DNA of 57,068 bases, the filler included, from Sphacelaria rigidula (Eukaryota), in the NCBI GenBank assembly GCA_964200075.2. It is 3 parts of 3 records of this genome, joined end to end, with 100 filler letters (N's around TTAATTAATTAA, not from the genome) between each part and the next. Parts side by side here need not be neighbours in the genome. Positions count along the whole stretch, not along the records: positions 38,115 to 57,068 come from CAXNAA020000759.1; 2 more parts are not named here. One strand, given 5' to 3'. Below are positions 38,115-51,947 of the stretch, piece after piece (the stretch's first letter is position 1; each line of letters opens with the position of its first letter). Position numbers and translations under genes: made by a program. The notes under the pieces are model-generated. The model was not told where the DNA came from, made no database searches, and saw only the letters and a list, made by a program, of their open reading frames with translations.

Positions 38115-38550
38115 GATCAAAGCCACTCTCAATCGTATCATCTACTCTCAATCTCACGAAAACACTGTTGTTTGTCGGCTGGCCCAGCAGGTAGCCCCTC
38201 GGGAAAAACAAACCCCCGCCTCTCTCATCTACCCCAGTGCGACCACGAGAAGAAAGAAGAACCGCCACTGAAAAAATAAGGGTCTACGCTTTCCCGACTA
38301 CTATAAGTACTGAAATCCAGTTGCTTGAGGGGCCACTGCTCTTGGGATTTAGTTGGGAGGGCTCGCTGGGATATTTACGGCAGGCCTATCTCTTGTTACG
38401 ACCGGCGTTTTGTGCAACGCACCCGTTGTGCATCGAGACATACTCCTTGTGTATATGCGACATACAGCGTGGTGGGGCAAGTCCCGTATCGGGTGGGGCG
38501 CCGGCGCCTTGCGGGCCGACTCGTGCTACTGACAGTCGGTAGTGTGTATT

Positions 38551-38911
38551 GTGTGTTGTCGTCCCCTTTATTGTGGGCACCAGTCTACACCAGTCTACAC
38601 CTTTCGGTATATGTGGGCGCAGCAGCCGGGGTTACACAGGAGGGGAGTCAACATAGGATTTTTTGTTTTGTTTTGTTTGCAATACCCAGCTTTTCTTCTG
38701 CGGTGCGTGACTTTTATTCTTTATCGCGACAGGGGTTCAGCGATTCCTTTCCCTCGTCGACCGTGAAGTCGAATGTGGTGAGCCCATGGCATAGACGCTC
38801 TCCACTGTTGGGCGTGGTGTGAGAAAAGATTCAACATCGCTCCGGGAATCGAACCCCCCTCCTCAACCTTCAGCAGGGAACTAGGTTACCAACTGAGCCA
38901 CCGGGGCGACC
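38551..38911 (-). mobile_element. tRNA-derived SINE, copy 2
   Basis: Same head, with B box GGTTCGATTCCC, and the same body. Confidence 0.8.
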
Positions 38912-40141
38912 GGTAGTACAGATGTAAACTGCGTGCTGCCAATATATATATATATATATATATATATCTTGCTGAATAACCAGACCTCTATGCTGTCTGA
39001 AATGGGCCTCAACTATATGAGTGCTTTTGCCGCATGTTTCCCTCGATGGTAACGTTCGACGATAGGCGCGTAGGCGCTTGCTCCATGGAGCCGCCCTCGC
39101 TTGGATATTGTCACCTTACAACCAGCACCATCTTCCGCTCCTGAAACGCTAAATATAGTTTATTATCTTCCATTGGTATCATAATGTACTATCATATTCT
39201 AATATAGTCCAGCACTCCACACAGGGTTTATCAGTATAATAACGACGACAAAAGGCTGGAGGCGCCTCAGCTGGAGAAGGACAGGTGGGGGCTGTAGGAG
39301 AGAGGAGCACAGTCGAACCGTGGGAACCATTGCAAGGGCGAAAAATTCACAACATCACCTCAGCTGGATTAGCTCCGTAGGTGAGGACGATCGAAGCACC
39401 CGAAGCTTCACTTTGGTGGGCAATCCCGTGTATGGCACGAAAAACTACATGTATACGATAACGTGTACAGAGTACATCCTTGTTTTCTCGAATTCTACAG
39501 CAAACATGTCATGGAAAGATGTGTGATTGGAGACATTTCGTCGATCTCTTCGGATGAACGATGCAGAAAATAATCCGTGGGGGGTGTTATACACCGTCAC
39601 CTCGTGTGACATGATTGGCGCGACCTATTTGCAGGTGGAGAGTGCAAAAAAGACCGTGCAGGTCGCCAACGCCTCCAGAACCAAATCCACGACAAACCCA
39701 ATCTTGAATCGAAATACTGACACGAAACAACAGTCAGTCACACTCCACAGCACTCCACAGCAGGGCGGTAAGGAAAGGGTCTTGTCGTATGGCACGAGAC
39801 CACACATGTCGGCGGCGATGAGCTCTCTGCTCGATATTGAAGCACCAACAGTCGTCTTGTTTCGTTGGCTGGCCAAGCACCGCGCATGCTCGACTTTATG
39901 GGTGCTCTGACGACACGGACTGTATGCAGCGTCCATCAGCTGCTTACTCGTGATGATACCTCCATATCATCGTGTTGCACTGCTGCTGTTGTATAAGACC
40001 CCACGCTGTCTGTACACTGTGTCTGTGTACTGCGCATGCTAGCTAGGTGGCAGCACGAGTAGCGGGAGTCTTCCTGTATCGTACCACTCGTCAACTGCAC
40101 ATAACACTATCTAAGCAGCAGCTCTGGTCAGTTAGCGTTAA

Positions 40142-40248
40142 CCTTTAGACCGCGATGCGGGAATACTGGAGTCCATCTGGGTCACGCACACTTTTCCAAG
40201 TGAAATTCATGCCGATTCAGCAGGTGACCTACCCTCGCGGTCAAAGGG
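40142..40248. mobile_element. piggyBac-like 107-bp MITE
   Basis: TTAA|CCTTTAGACCGCGA...TCGCGGTCAAAGGG|TTAA: TTAA on both sides with CC-initiated inverted termini. Confidence 0.75.
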
Positions 40249-43200
40249 TTAAACTGGCCGCGCCAGTGGGCCGTACCGTACCAGCGCTGTACAGCAGTAT
40301 AATGCTACTCCACTACTGTTGCGTCGTCGGTTGTCAGCTGTAAAGGGTGTATAGTCCGCACGACAGACAGCAGACAAGGGTGCTTGTAGAACGATGATGG
40401 TGCGATTTCACAAGTTCACCCCGTCCTTGGGTTATCTGCCCGGATACATCATTTCCCCGCGTGTAGGCTGCGGCGGGTGTGAACGGTTGTCACTACCCAA
40501 TCACACACACAAATAGCAGCATTACATTTGAACACTCAGCTGATGTCCCGTTGTCCATGACGCCGCAGAACCATCAAATTTGATTTGTTTTTTGAGAAAT
40601 TGCCATATGGAAATGCTTCATGAAAAAACTAGTAATTCTGCGATTCCCGGTGGTACCGAGCAGAGAACTCATCGCCGTCTGCGTTCATGGTATCCTTCCC
40701 TACAACGAAATAAAGATGTTCGGTGTTACCTGCAGCTCTGCTGTGAGCTGCTGCTGATTACGTCTGTTGTTTCGTGTGTCCGGGGCGTGCCTCACGAGCA
40801 CTTTGTTTTCGATCGAAAAAGTGCGGTCGAAATGTTTGTCGCCGATCTGATGGGTTCAACGCATTTATGCTCCCAGAAGTCTTCATCTCAAAATTGCCAT
40901 TGACGGCGCGCGGAGAAGAATGCATCGAGGTGGAAAACAATCGTTTTCGATCGAAAACATGCCGTCGAAAGGCACGAAGCGGCGCGTGACTCCTATTTTA
41001 CAGACCACCACGCCAGATAACACCTGTTCACAGGACCATGCAAACCCCATCCGAATCATTCTCAGCTACCACCGCAACCCTGCAGCACAGACCACGATTT
41101 GAGCCCAGGGATAGATGCACTGCAGTAGTTTGGTTTGCTTTGTCTATTTTTGTTGGCGAAACTTGCGCATCTTTTCTCATGGTAGGGATCAGCGACGGAA
41201 TTGCGTGGTACGGTGGGCAACCGAGTTGCGTGAAGCTCATGGACAGTGCAGACAGCACAGAGCTGCATGTTGCTGAAGTCCTCTTCACGTCGCATCGCAA
41301 CTATAGAGACCTGATACTCCTTGTCCCGGGTTGTCTGCACTGCACGTTGCCCACTTCTCTTTCATATCCTCCTGAACAAAACACGTACACACGCACCCAA
41401 GACCCGGCTTGCAAGCAGTGCAGACAGTGCAGACTCTCTGTAGGCTTTTGCTTTTTACGCGCGTTTTCCCGATTTTTTTCATGTTCGAAAGAAAACATTA
41501 TGCGCCGATTTGTGCGTATTTTGGTGTATTATGCGCGACTTATGCGCCTTTTTCGCATCCTTCTTGAGGCGGTTCCTGGCGAGTTCCTGGCGACACCGCC
41601 CGTGGAACATACCTTCGGGCAAGAGAACAAAACAGCATGTTAAACATTTCGAGATTTCATTTATTTTTCATCAGTTTCACATAAACATAAAGTAGCTCAC
41701 ATAAAGCACCATATCCGATATTAGACCCGCAACAATTTTTGAAAAAATAAGACGAAAACAAACACCACGACTCCACGAGCCACTCCAGATGGAGCACTCG
41801 TGGGCAGTTACTAGCTGCTGGGCATGGAGTGCATAACCCCGTTGGAATACTGCATGCGCCAAGCCATGCGTAAAACTTGACTTTCATGCTCCTTTGCGAA
41901 GCTAAAATCTCCAAAAACGTATGTTGATATAAAAAGCGCATGTGCTAAGGGCCCTTCTTAACCCTTTTGGGACCGACCCCCCAATAGCACAGGGTTGACC
42001 CTGTGTTACTGAAATAATTAAAAATATGTCTTCGAGCGACCTGCCTACTAACTACTAGGCGAAATCTATTGACCAGACCCGAACGACCAGCGCGGGGATT
42101 GTTGGCGAGTGTAATGCCACAGCAAAGATCGTGTGGGGGCCCTTATCCCTGGCCCAGGTAAGCCTTCTCAGGTTTCCAACTGCAAGGCGGTCGGAAGTTG
42201 GTTATATGATATCACTTGCACTCAGTACAGCGTTCCCGAGTTTTCCGGTGGGTTGTTTGGGTCACAGTTCTATACTCAAACGTAGTAGTTACACTAGCAC
42301 AGGGTCGACCGGATAAACTGGGAAGGGGTGTACATGCTACAATGTGGTAATTTTCACCAGGCACGAAGTCCAGGTGGGCCGTGAAAAGACAAAAGGAGCT
42401 ACCGTCATGAATCCCGCTTATCCGTCTGCCGATGACTTGAAGTGTGCAGTTAAGATGTATGTAGTGGGCGGGGATGAAGAAGCGCGGTATATAGGCAGTT
42501 GATCTCGGTAGCTGAGAATTGCCCATAACGTGCAAGGGAGTATGCAGCGGCAGCTGCTGCTTCAGTCGGAGAGGCGTATTGTACTGCACTGTCCTATGCT
42601 GTTGTATGCATGCGCACCGCAACGCTGATACCCTTCAAAGAGAACTTGTCGCATGCAACAAAGAAGGAAGTGGCGGCCGACCCCGACCACAATGGGCCGT
42701 GTGGCCAGGTGGTGAGGACAACAGTATCCCTTTTTTCACAATCCCCTTTTGACAGGGGATTGGCCGCATGAGGACCAGTCCCGAGTCCTATCGACAAGCA
42801 GCTCTGTCCAGATTGGAACCCAGATCTGCACCCAGGCTGAGAAATGCGGCGGGTCTGGAAGTGGTCGTTAGTAGGTCTGTGTAATGCTGCAGACAAGACA
42901 CAACAAGGCAACACAGCACCTACACACCCAGCCCCGAATAAACACGCACAGAAACCCACCACTCACGCGCATTAGTTCCCCTGCTAGGCCTTGCTAATCT
43001 ACACACGATAGTTTTTGTTCGACGGAAATCCATTCTGCATTGGACGAAGGGCGGCCTCATGCGTGTCAAAAACACCGAAAACGTGTCGTTGCTGACCGTT
43101 TTGTGAGCGTGTGCTCTGCGCGCGTCTCACACAAATGGTCATTTCTCGGTGAATTCTGAACGGATTTGAGCAAGGTCACGCACAACATGCACAGCTGATG

Positions 43201-44201
43201 AGCAGCTACGGCTCGAGCTGTGTATTTTTGGTTTGCAGGGCCACCAAGTTTCTCAGGTTCAGCTCTGATTGTGTTGGGTTGTGTGGTAAGTCTTTGCATG
43301 TGCCCCTGACAACGGGACATGTATGTTGCCCTTCGAGGTGCACAGATATCCCCTTTCGAAAAGGGGATTTCAGGAAGTTTTTTCGCACTTCTTGAAATCC
43401 CCTCAATAGAGGGGATTTATGTGCACGTTAAGGGGATTTTTTCTTTGGGGGGGGTGAGGGGGGGGGTGGTATCGCAGCGACCAATCAGCGGTCGTTTGTC
43501 AACAAAGGAGATTTTGGAAAAGGGGATGATCCCCGTCGCTAAGAATAGCCCTAACTGTCACTAGTTGTAATATTTTGCAACCAGTTCAGAACTCTACTCA
43601 TGGGTGTCTCGCCATTTGGACATCACGTAGTATGGTCATCCCCTTTGCGCTGAATCGAGGTTCTCCCACGCCACACGATGAAATCTAGCTCGACCACTAT
43701 CATCGTTGCTGCAAAAAAACGCAAGCGCGCAATACAAAACGGTAACCTGGTTGTCTAGCATACGCAGTGAGTGGCGTGGTTTACAGCGTCATCGCCAACC
43801 AACGCCAACCCCATGGGGGCGGGGAGGTGGTCTAGATCCCAGCAATGAGACTGCCAGACTTGATGGGACTTCGCTAAGTGGGGTTCTTTTCACGTGTCGA
43901 AAATGGCGATCCCGTGCAGAAGTGCCGGTCACGAGAGGAAAAGCTTGAACATAGGTATAAAAATGTTTGCCGTGTACGTGCCTTGCGTGTCGTCTTCACT
44001 CGTCGTACCAAGCTTTCAAAACCCTTGAAATTTGTATCCACGCGGTCAAACTTGATGAACGGTCACCTAGTAGTAGTAACAATTTTCTTCCGACCATCGG
44101 CAGACTTACTCTATCAGACAGTTTCGACGGGGGATTAATGTCACTAGCGTTCTGTCTTCTTCACTCGAGAGCGATGCCTTGCCAGTCGATTGCACCGGAC
44201 T

Positions 44202-44452
44202 TTTTTTTTTTTTTCCTTGCTGAAAGGAGGAAACCCAACCCCCAACACTTACCCCGCAAGCGACCGCAGGCGATCGCTAGCGAGTTCGTGTGCCGATTTC
44301 CTGAAGGCTCGGCTAGACCACCTCGCGGCAGTCATGTGGGGAAGGCGCCTCGGGCGGTGACTCAAGGCAGTGTGGGGGGGATGCTGCCACTAAAACCCCC
44401 TGTCAACTTGGCATAGTACATGCGCCGCCCTACTCTTAAGAGCTTTGGCCCT
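44202..44452 (-). repeat. A-tailed interspersed repeat, copy 2
   Basis: Begins with a T-run on the plus strand; CGCAGGCGATCGCTAGCGAGTTCGTGTGCC matches copy 1 inverted. Confidence 0.8.
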
Positions 44453-44967
44453 CAAGTACACTGGACTGTTCTCTCGTACTACAATGCTTCTGTCTTCAAC
44501 GTGGCCGTACTGTCTGTCTGTACAGTATGGTTGTCAAAATGGCGTGAGTAGTTGCATCTCGTAAACGTAGGTCTGACCAGGTATGACTCCCAACTTGTGC
44601 GGCGCAGGCTTTGCTTGCGAGCTTCTCGAATTTCTTCTACAGCATTCCGCGTATGTGCGGCGTAGGCTTTGATGACTCAGGCAAAGTGCTTTGTTTTGAC
44701 GTTCGTTTGCCGTATGCCGGGTTCAAGTCTTACATGATCATCTCGAAACCGCGTACGTCGATCACATGACCCTTCTCGACCCCGACGGCAAAAGCGAAAA
44801 CCTGGCATCGCCATTCTTTAACCGGGTCGAGAACATGGACACTTGCAAGCGACACCCGTATCGACGCTCTTGTGAAAACGCCTGGCTACTGTCACCACGG
44901 AAGGCGTCCGCATCAGATGCCCAGTACAGGGTCCCGGGCAGATATCGCGACGGTTTTTAGTGTGAAG

Positions 44968-45019
<52 letters not shown>

Positions 45020-45020
45020 C
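44968..45020 (+). repeat. (ACA)n microsatellite, ~17 units
   Basis: Direct read. Confidence 0.95.
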
Positions 45021-45864
45021 TTAGCAGTCTAAGCTTTTCGACTTTACATTTGTTTTGTCGCACTTCGAACCCCTCCCCTTTCTCTGGACGAGTTCGTGGT
45101 CTGTCACAAGCGATCAACTCGTGTCTCCCCGGTACACGCCTTGCTCTTTGGTCTCGCGGATTGGATCATGACCAGCACTCCCTCACCGCGTCAACTCACG
45201 TCAAACATACTCAGTAAACTGCTGTATGTACTCGCGTTCTCACCTTTTCCACGGTGGAAGTCAGATACTACGGAGAAACACCCGGCACATCGGGAATCGA
45301 ACCCTCCTTCTCTTCACCTCAATGGCGGCTGTTGGACCATCACCCAACCGGGGCGCGGCGGCTATATCCCATTCTCGGCTGATTTGCACCTATTCTCAGG
45401 TGCCCCCTTCTTGTCGGACATGTTCAAGCTATTGAGGTAGTGGTGTTGTGTCCGAAATGGAAGAGCAACGCCGCCGGGTGGACACGCATTCGAATCGACC
45501 TAACACGCACAGTGCGACTTGAACAGTATGATGTTCCGACACCCACTGTTGGGTCAAAAAGCACAACACACGTATGCGTTGCGGTGAACTCGCGCTACTC
45601 GAACGGGGTCGCATTACAAATCCCGAAATCAACAACACAAGCCTACTTTTGGTGTCAGGCCTGAACAGGTGAATCTGTGCGGCCTCGGAATCGTGATCCG
45701 ATAGTACACTTCCAAAACTATCAGGCCATGATTATTGCTCTGCGAGGTCGGCGTTTCTCACGACGCAAACCCGCACTATTCAGAGAAAAATGGATGGGAA
45801 AATATTGATCAGAAAAAATGGCTGTTGCGATGCTGTCCTCGATGTGGGAATTTGGGAAATGACT

Positions 45865-46218
45865 GGTCGCCCCGGTGGCTCAGTTGGTTACCTCGAAACC
45901 CTCTGACGTTTGGATCGTGGGTTCAAATCTCGGAGCGATCTGGGATTTTTTCTCACATCATGCCCAACAGTGTAGAGCGAATATGTCGTGGGTACACAAC
46001 ATGCGGCCTGACGGTCGACGAGGGAAAGGGACTGCTTAACCCCTCTCGCAATAAAAAAAAAAGGCAAGCCCGGCAGAAGGAAGGTGGGGTACTAGAACAA
46101 ACAAAAAAGAAGGCTCGAGTGTTGACCTTCCTCCCGTGTGACCCCGGCTGGTGCGTCCACATACACCGAAAGGTGTAGCCCGGCGTCCAGAATAGATGGG
46201 ACGACAACACACACACAC
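45865..46218 (+). mobile_element. tRNA-derived SINE, copy 3
   Basis: GGTCGCCCCGGTGGCTCAGTTGG...GGTTCAAATCTC; body shared with the other copies; ends GACAAC(AC)n. Confidence 0.82.
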
Positions 46219-46663
46219 TGTACGATGTGGTGGATGATATTCGCGATGTCACTATGGTGACACTGTATGATGGAACAGTAAGTAGTCGCATCTTCAGCAG
46301 TCATCGCGTAGGTACATGAAGGAGCTCCAAATTTAAGAGTCGCCCAAAGTCAGGCGGGGTACGACGGATGAGTCCAGTCTGTGCCGCAAAGTTTGATCCA
46401 AGCGCTGGCTCGACCGTTGCGTGTGTGCGCCTTCGGTTTCCCGTGCCAAACTCGCAAGTCATCCTATCCAAAAATAAAGGACACGGCGCGTCGTACACCA
46501 GTCCAGTTTGTGGTTGTGCTTGATCATTATTTCGTCACCCGGATCAGTTGAGACTGAAGAAAACCTGAGGGATCCCAGTGGTGACGGCGGACTCCCCGCG
46601 AAAACAAAAAAAAAACAGAACAGAACAAGAAGAAAAAATAAAGTGTGGGAAATGCGAATATAC

Positions 46664-46798
46664 CACACCCTGGACAAAAGATTATTTTGTAAAACAATGT
46701 ACTGCGTACAGTATGGAATTTATTGTCTGTGGCAGTTGGCGCAACAGTCGATACTGTAAGTACACTTTTTTGCTGTGTATTCTATTGTCCAGGGTGTG
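46664..46798. mobile_element. 135-bp MITE (family D) with 8-bp target-site duplication
   Basis: TIRs CACACCCTGGACAA / TTGTCCAGGGTGTG flanked by GAATATAC at 46656-46663 and 46799-46806. Confidence 0.85.
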
Positions 46799-49700
46799 GA
46801 ATATACAATGGTACCATCCTGCTTTGTTTTGCAATCGAAACATTTCATACTTTTGTACTCTCTCGAATCCGCCCGTCACATACTTCAAGGCACTAAAATG
46901 TAGAAATATGTCGGGCAAACAACACTTTAAAATGGGGTTCCATGGAATCTGAACGCACGTTCTTAACGTTGTAGCATGTGTTGGGCGTTTCATCTTGTCT
47001 TCGTATTGTCTTTGTGCAGTGCTGTAGGGGCATTGCATCCTCCGGTATTCGCACTATACGGTTTCGGCGATTCGCGATAAAGTACCGCGCGGTCAGGGTG
47101 TTCCACGGCGAGGGGTACGGTAGGGTACAAGGGGCTCGCGGCACGTTCTGCACGGTAAAGGAGAAGAGCAAACTGGTGCGGTGCCGCGGTCGATTTGTTT
47201 CATTGCCGATGGTTGCACGTTTTGACTGAGTCCCTCATGGGATCCAGCCGTGATCACGTGATGGGCGTACTGGAGACAAAACATTTTCAGAACACTCGCT
47301 GAAGAAAAACGATGAAGGAGGGAAACAGAAAAAAAAAGAGAAAACAGAACAACAAAGTCGACTAAGAAATAACAGCGGTTGATTGGGTGCTGCGGTTTGC
47401 AAACTTGAGCGATGCCGCGGATGATATCACCCCCAATACTGCAATGAACTGCGGTTGTTGTCCGGCGGTAGAGCGCCGAGGATAGCTCTGGATTGTTCTT
47501 TTGGCATGTGCGATAGTGTTCCGAGAATGGGTGGGTGCGTTCAAAGGTCAAAAATGGCTAACTCGGTGGAAACGGAAACGTACATGATCGCTCGAAGTAT
47601 AAATGTGAGGGGCTGTCACGCAGCCATCTTCAATCTGGGCACAAGTCCCGCACCGCCATCTTCGAACCAGACATAAAAAAATAACGAACATAGCACATTA
47701 CCATATCTGAATTGGGCACAAGTCTCCCGTGACCATCATTCGAACCAGAAAAATGAGCGAGTGAAAGGCACTTGTAGCGTTCGTTCTATTGACCTTGGGT
47801 ATGTCTGATTTTTCAGCGGAGCTGGGTCACTCGAGGACCAGGTGATGTGCGACAATCACGAGAGGAGACAGTAAAAAACATCGATACTTCATTCAAAATG
47901 TGCTCCTTCTAAGCCTTGTAGCAAGTCGCCACGACGCCCAACACACGATATTACGAAATGATTTCCATTCGGAACAAGCTATGCGTTGCGCCGTGTATTG
48001 CAACAGCTCGAAAGATGCGTGGGTGAAGTTTCGTTCCGCGGTCAGCTTTATTCTCTCTTTCGATCAATCAGGCCTCAGAAGACGTAGATTTGCTGATATG
48101 AACCAGCGATAATTTGGCCGAAGCGTGCAAACATCCTTTTTCGGATGAAGACTGCTGTACCATCGAGACGTGCCATAGCTCACTGTGGAAGTCTTGAGCA
48201 ACCCACTGGATCGTTCGTTGCTCAGGTCTTCCTGGTGCCGAAATGGTGAAAAAACAATCCTGGCTACCATGTCTTACTTGACCATGACTATCGCAAAACG
48301 GGGAGTACTCGCTTAACGTTCACGAGTACTCTTGCAGAGTCGCACGAATCGCTGCTGCTTCTTCAATACCGAACATATTTCTGTCAAAATAACGTACACC
48401 GCGCCCAGCTATTAGCGGCCGAGCACCTCCATACCTATGAACGCCATGTTTGTCCCGGTAGGTGCATATCTTTCAGTTCCATCAAAATTAAAGAGCAACC
48501 GTCCTGTGCGTTCTCAAACTGGACCCTGTGACCGCTGAGGTGGGCTATATCCAAGTCTTGTACTCATTTCGCAAGCGAAATGATGCGTACTCACCAGATC
48601 ACCCGCTCTTCGTGGCCAAAGGCTCGTACAGAGGTACTCAGGGCTCCATTTGCGAGAGCTGATTCGGGGCATTATCGCGTGCGGGCGGCTTCGCTCGTTC
48701 CACAGCGGTGCTGTTGCCCCAGTCTGTCCGTCCGTCTGATTACTTTCCGCATGGATAGTACAATCTGGTGATGCTGTGTTGGTTATTCCGGGGCCGTTCC
48801 GCCAACGAATAGATTGGTCATTCTTGGACATACGCGATTCTCTCGTGTCCAGCTCATTGTAACACCGCCCAGCACCTCTGCGCTCAGAGAACCACACGCT
48901 GTGGTGAGAGGGTGCGATTTGTGAGAAACTTGAGCAGTAGAAGTTGTGTATGATTTCGCCGTGACACACGCTCAATCTTGCTTGAAATTCTGGTGATGGA
49001 ACCCGACGCCGTGGTTAGGTGGAGAGATAGGGCGGTGAGCTGGCAGCCCTGGCCAATTAAGTCTCAACTCGCCGCCGGCATGGCCAACACATCGACAATT
49101 TTCCAGTTGACTGGGGAAACGGTTTGACTGGGAAAAATCGGAGAGGGGAGGCGAGGCCGCAAGCCCTCTTCCCCCCTGACTTGTGAAGCGGTGCTCCGTC
49201 TCGAAAGGGATGCGGGGTCAACGGTCAAATGACGAAGGAAAGCAGCAAATGAGAATGCCCCTCCCCCCCGGCTGGTGAGGGGTTCTCGGGGAAGCGCCGC
49301 CGGAGGCAAGAAACATTGCGGTATTTGGGTTGTTTTCATTATTTTTGGATGTGCAGTGAAACGACAAACCTTGGCATATGTATCGACTATCTCACTTCGA
49401 GGTGTAGTGAGCACGTGGTGCATCATGTTTAATACGCTATTCATCATGAAATCGGCAATTGACAAGTGGCGATTGAGGTTTGGTGTTTGGCAGTCAATTC
49501 CGCATCAAGCGTCCCGCCGTGTGTAGGTCACAACTCCTTTCACATCCTCTATTTTCCTCATTCGACGGACCAGCTGTCGACGTACACGTTATACGGCCGA
49601 AAATGACAGAAAACTGCACGACTACGAGGTACCAACGAAGCGAACGGGACGAAAATAAGCAGAGAAAACACCCAAGGTAGTCAGCTGGTGACTGGCCCAC

Positions 49701-51947
49701 GGCCAATCCGTTCCTTATGTGCCATGGTACCACCACACAACGCCAGACCTCTTGTGTACAAGTCGACCGAAATATGGAATACGAAGCATATAGTTGTGCA
49801 CCGCTGCCCCCCGCGTCATTCACGCAATCAATTTCCGTCGACGCCTTCGAAGCGCCCTACGTCTCAACTGATACCCCATATTCCTCTGTAACTGTGAAGC
49901 GCAGACCTCAATTGTGTAGTCAAGTTGTACATAATGGCGTAAGTATCTTTGTTTTCAATTCTCCATAGTAAAATTGGTATGAAAATAGCCGGTAACGGTA
50001 AACCCCGAATAAACTGGATAAACTGGCGCCCTCGTGGCCAGTTCCATTATTACTCCAGTTCCATTTCAATTGACAGTATAGACTGGTCCAGTTCACAGCC
50101 CTATGGACACGTGTATTACACACGCGCTCTGCGGGGCGGCGGGGTGGGGGGGGGGTGCGCAAAACCGTCAGCTACAGATGCAGTACGTACTCCTCTGGCC
50201 ACATTTGATGGTACGTCCCCCTTGGTCGAAGCCGTGACTGGCTTATCGTTTTCCTGTCCTGTGTATAGTATGTGAATGCATGTTGCCATCATGAAATTAT
50301 CATGACTGAGTTGTTCACCGAGCAGTTTAGGGCTTTCCAGAAACCTCGTGGTCTAGACTGCAGCGTGCGATTGCCCTCGGCAGGGAAGCACCGTACAACG
50401 CCAGGATATACTCGACACGAGAGATCGGTTTGTGTTTCCCCCCCCGTCGTATTGGTGAAGGAGCCGCAGAGAACACACTCAATCATCAAATAGCTCTCCC
50501 GAAAACGCCGACCAGTTGGTGCCGGGTTTGGACGTTGTGTTCGAGGAATGGCTATCGGACTGGAAAATAATCGTCTCTGCGGTTGCCATGGTCGGAGAAG
50601 ATGGGGTAGCGCGTCCCCCCGTGGCATGATGTACCGTAGGCAGTCAGTGCCCGCCTTGAAACGGTTGGAAGGGCACCTAGGAGGAGGAATGACGACATAA
50701 GGTGTACCTCTCGGAAGCTGGCCTAACTAGGGTACCGTGGGTTTCGATGAACGGGCGCTTTTTCGCGCATGACTGTATTCGGCAAGAACATGTGAGTGGT
50801 TCCCCCGTATTTTTTCAAGAAGCGGGTGCAGCGCATATTCCCACGTGATGGGCCTTGAAGATTTCGGGTGAAAACTAATTTACGATGCGTTGTTCCGAGT
50901 CTGCATGTTTAGTCCACAATAGTGCCTCTTTAGGCGCGAAAAAACATGAAGATGTACCTCCTCCAGACTGAGGTCCATGAAACAAGAAGCTGGCCCGACC
51001 TTTGCCCCTCCGGCCTCTTTGCACACCTGCCCGTTTGTTGAAACTTTTCCCGGCGGTACCGAACGCATGAATTGTGTCTCTACCGTGCGTCTAGGCGTTG
51101 TGACGAGCCTATTATGTCATGTGGCCTGAGTATGCCGTCACAACTGTAATGCGTGAAAAGACCGCGTGCTTGGGGGACCGCATCGTAGTTCAAAACACCT
51201 CAGAATCAACGTTTCTCAAAACTTGACCCTAACCCCAACGCTAGCCCTAACCATAGGGGTGTTTGAACTCCGATGCGATTCCCTAAGCACGCGATCCTCT
51301 CACGCATTACAAAAACGATGTTCACGGTTTTGGTGTTCGTGTTTTTGTTTCAAGCCAACTGTCCCGTTTCTGTTTCATTCCTGGTGTACGCCACATGGAA
51401 TTTGTTTTCAATCTTCTGAAAGAGACCACGAAGCTGCGAGGAGCGTGTGCGGTCGCTGCACACCTCGAAACCTGCTCAGTTTTTTAACCAGGCTGCTCGG
51501 ATCCCAACAACAGCTTCGGTAGGTTATTGTTGAGCGGTTTTCAGGTCTTGCTAGAACATGCTTCAGCGAAATCTCGCAGCGCGTCCATGAAGATGTGATG
51601 GATGCAACCATGGATGTTTTTCGTCCAAACCTTTCTTCTCGTCTCGTGCATATTAACTTGTTGTGAACATCAATGAATATTGGATGCCATGTAAAGGTTT
51701 GCAGGGCTCCTTCGAGGCCTGGGCAGTATGTTAATACCTGTGTGAGTCACTTCATCAAGAGTGCTGGTGAAGTGAATGCCAGTAGCTCCCGTTCTTCCGC
51801 TTCATGTGCAGCAATAGGAATGTCAGTCGTTCTACGAAGAATTCAAAGTAGCTTTTCTCTGTGACCTATACGCGAACTCTCCCGCTTCATTCATCGAAGG
51901 TGCTACTGTGAGAAGAGTGCTCCCGACGAACCACGAGGAGGGGGCTG

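Noticed and set aside
45865-45945. tRNA gene
   Set aside because: A and B boxes are present, but there is no convincing cloverleaf and it continues into a repeated SINE body.
48514-49060. Possible recombinase or TE relic (…YSPDHPLFVAKG…)
   Set aside because: Only one weak motif with many stops; cannot be supported.
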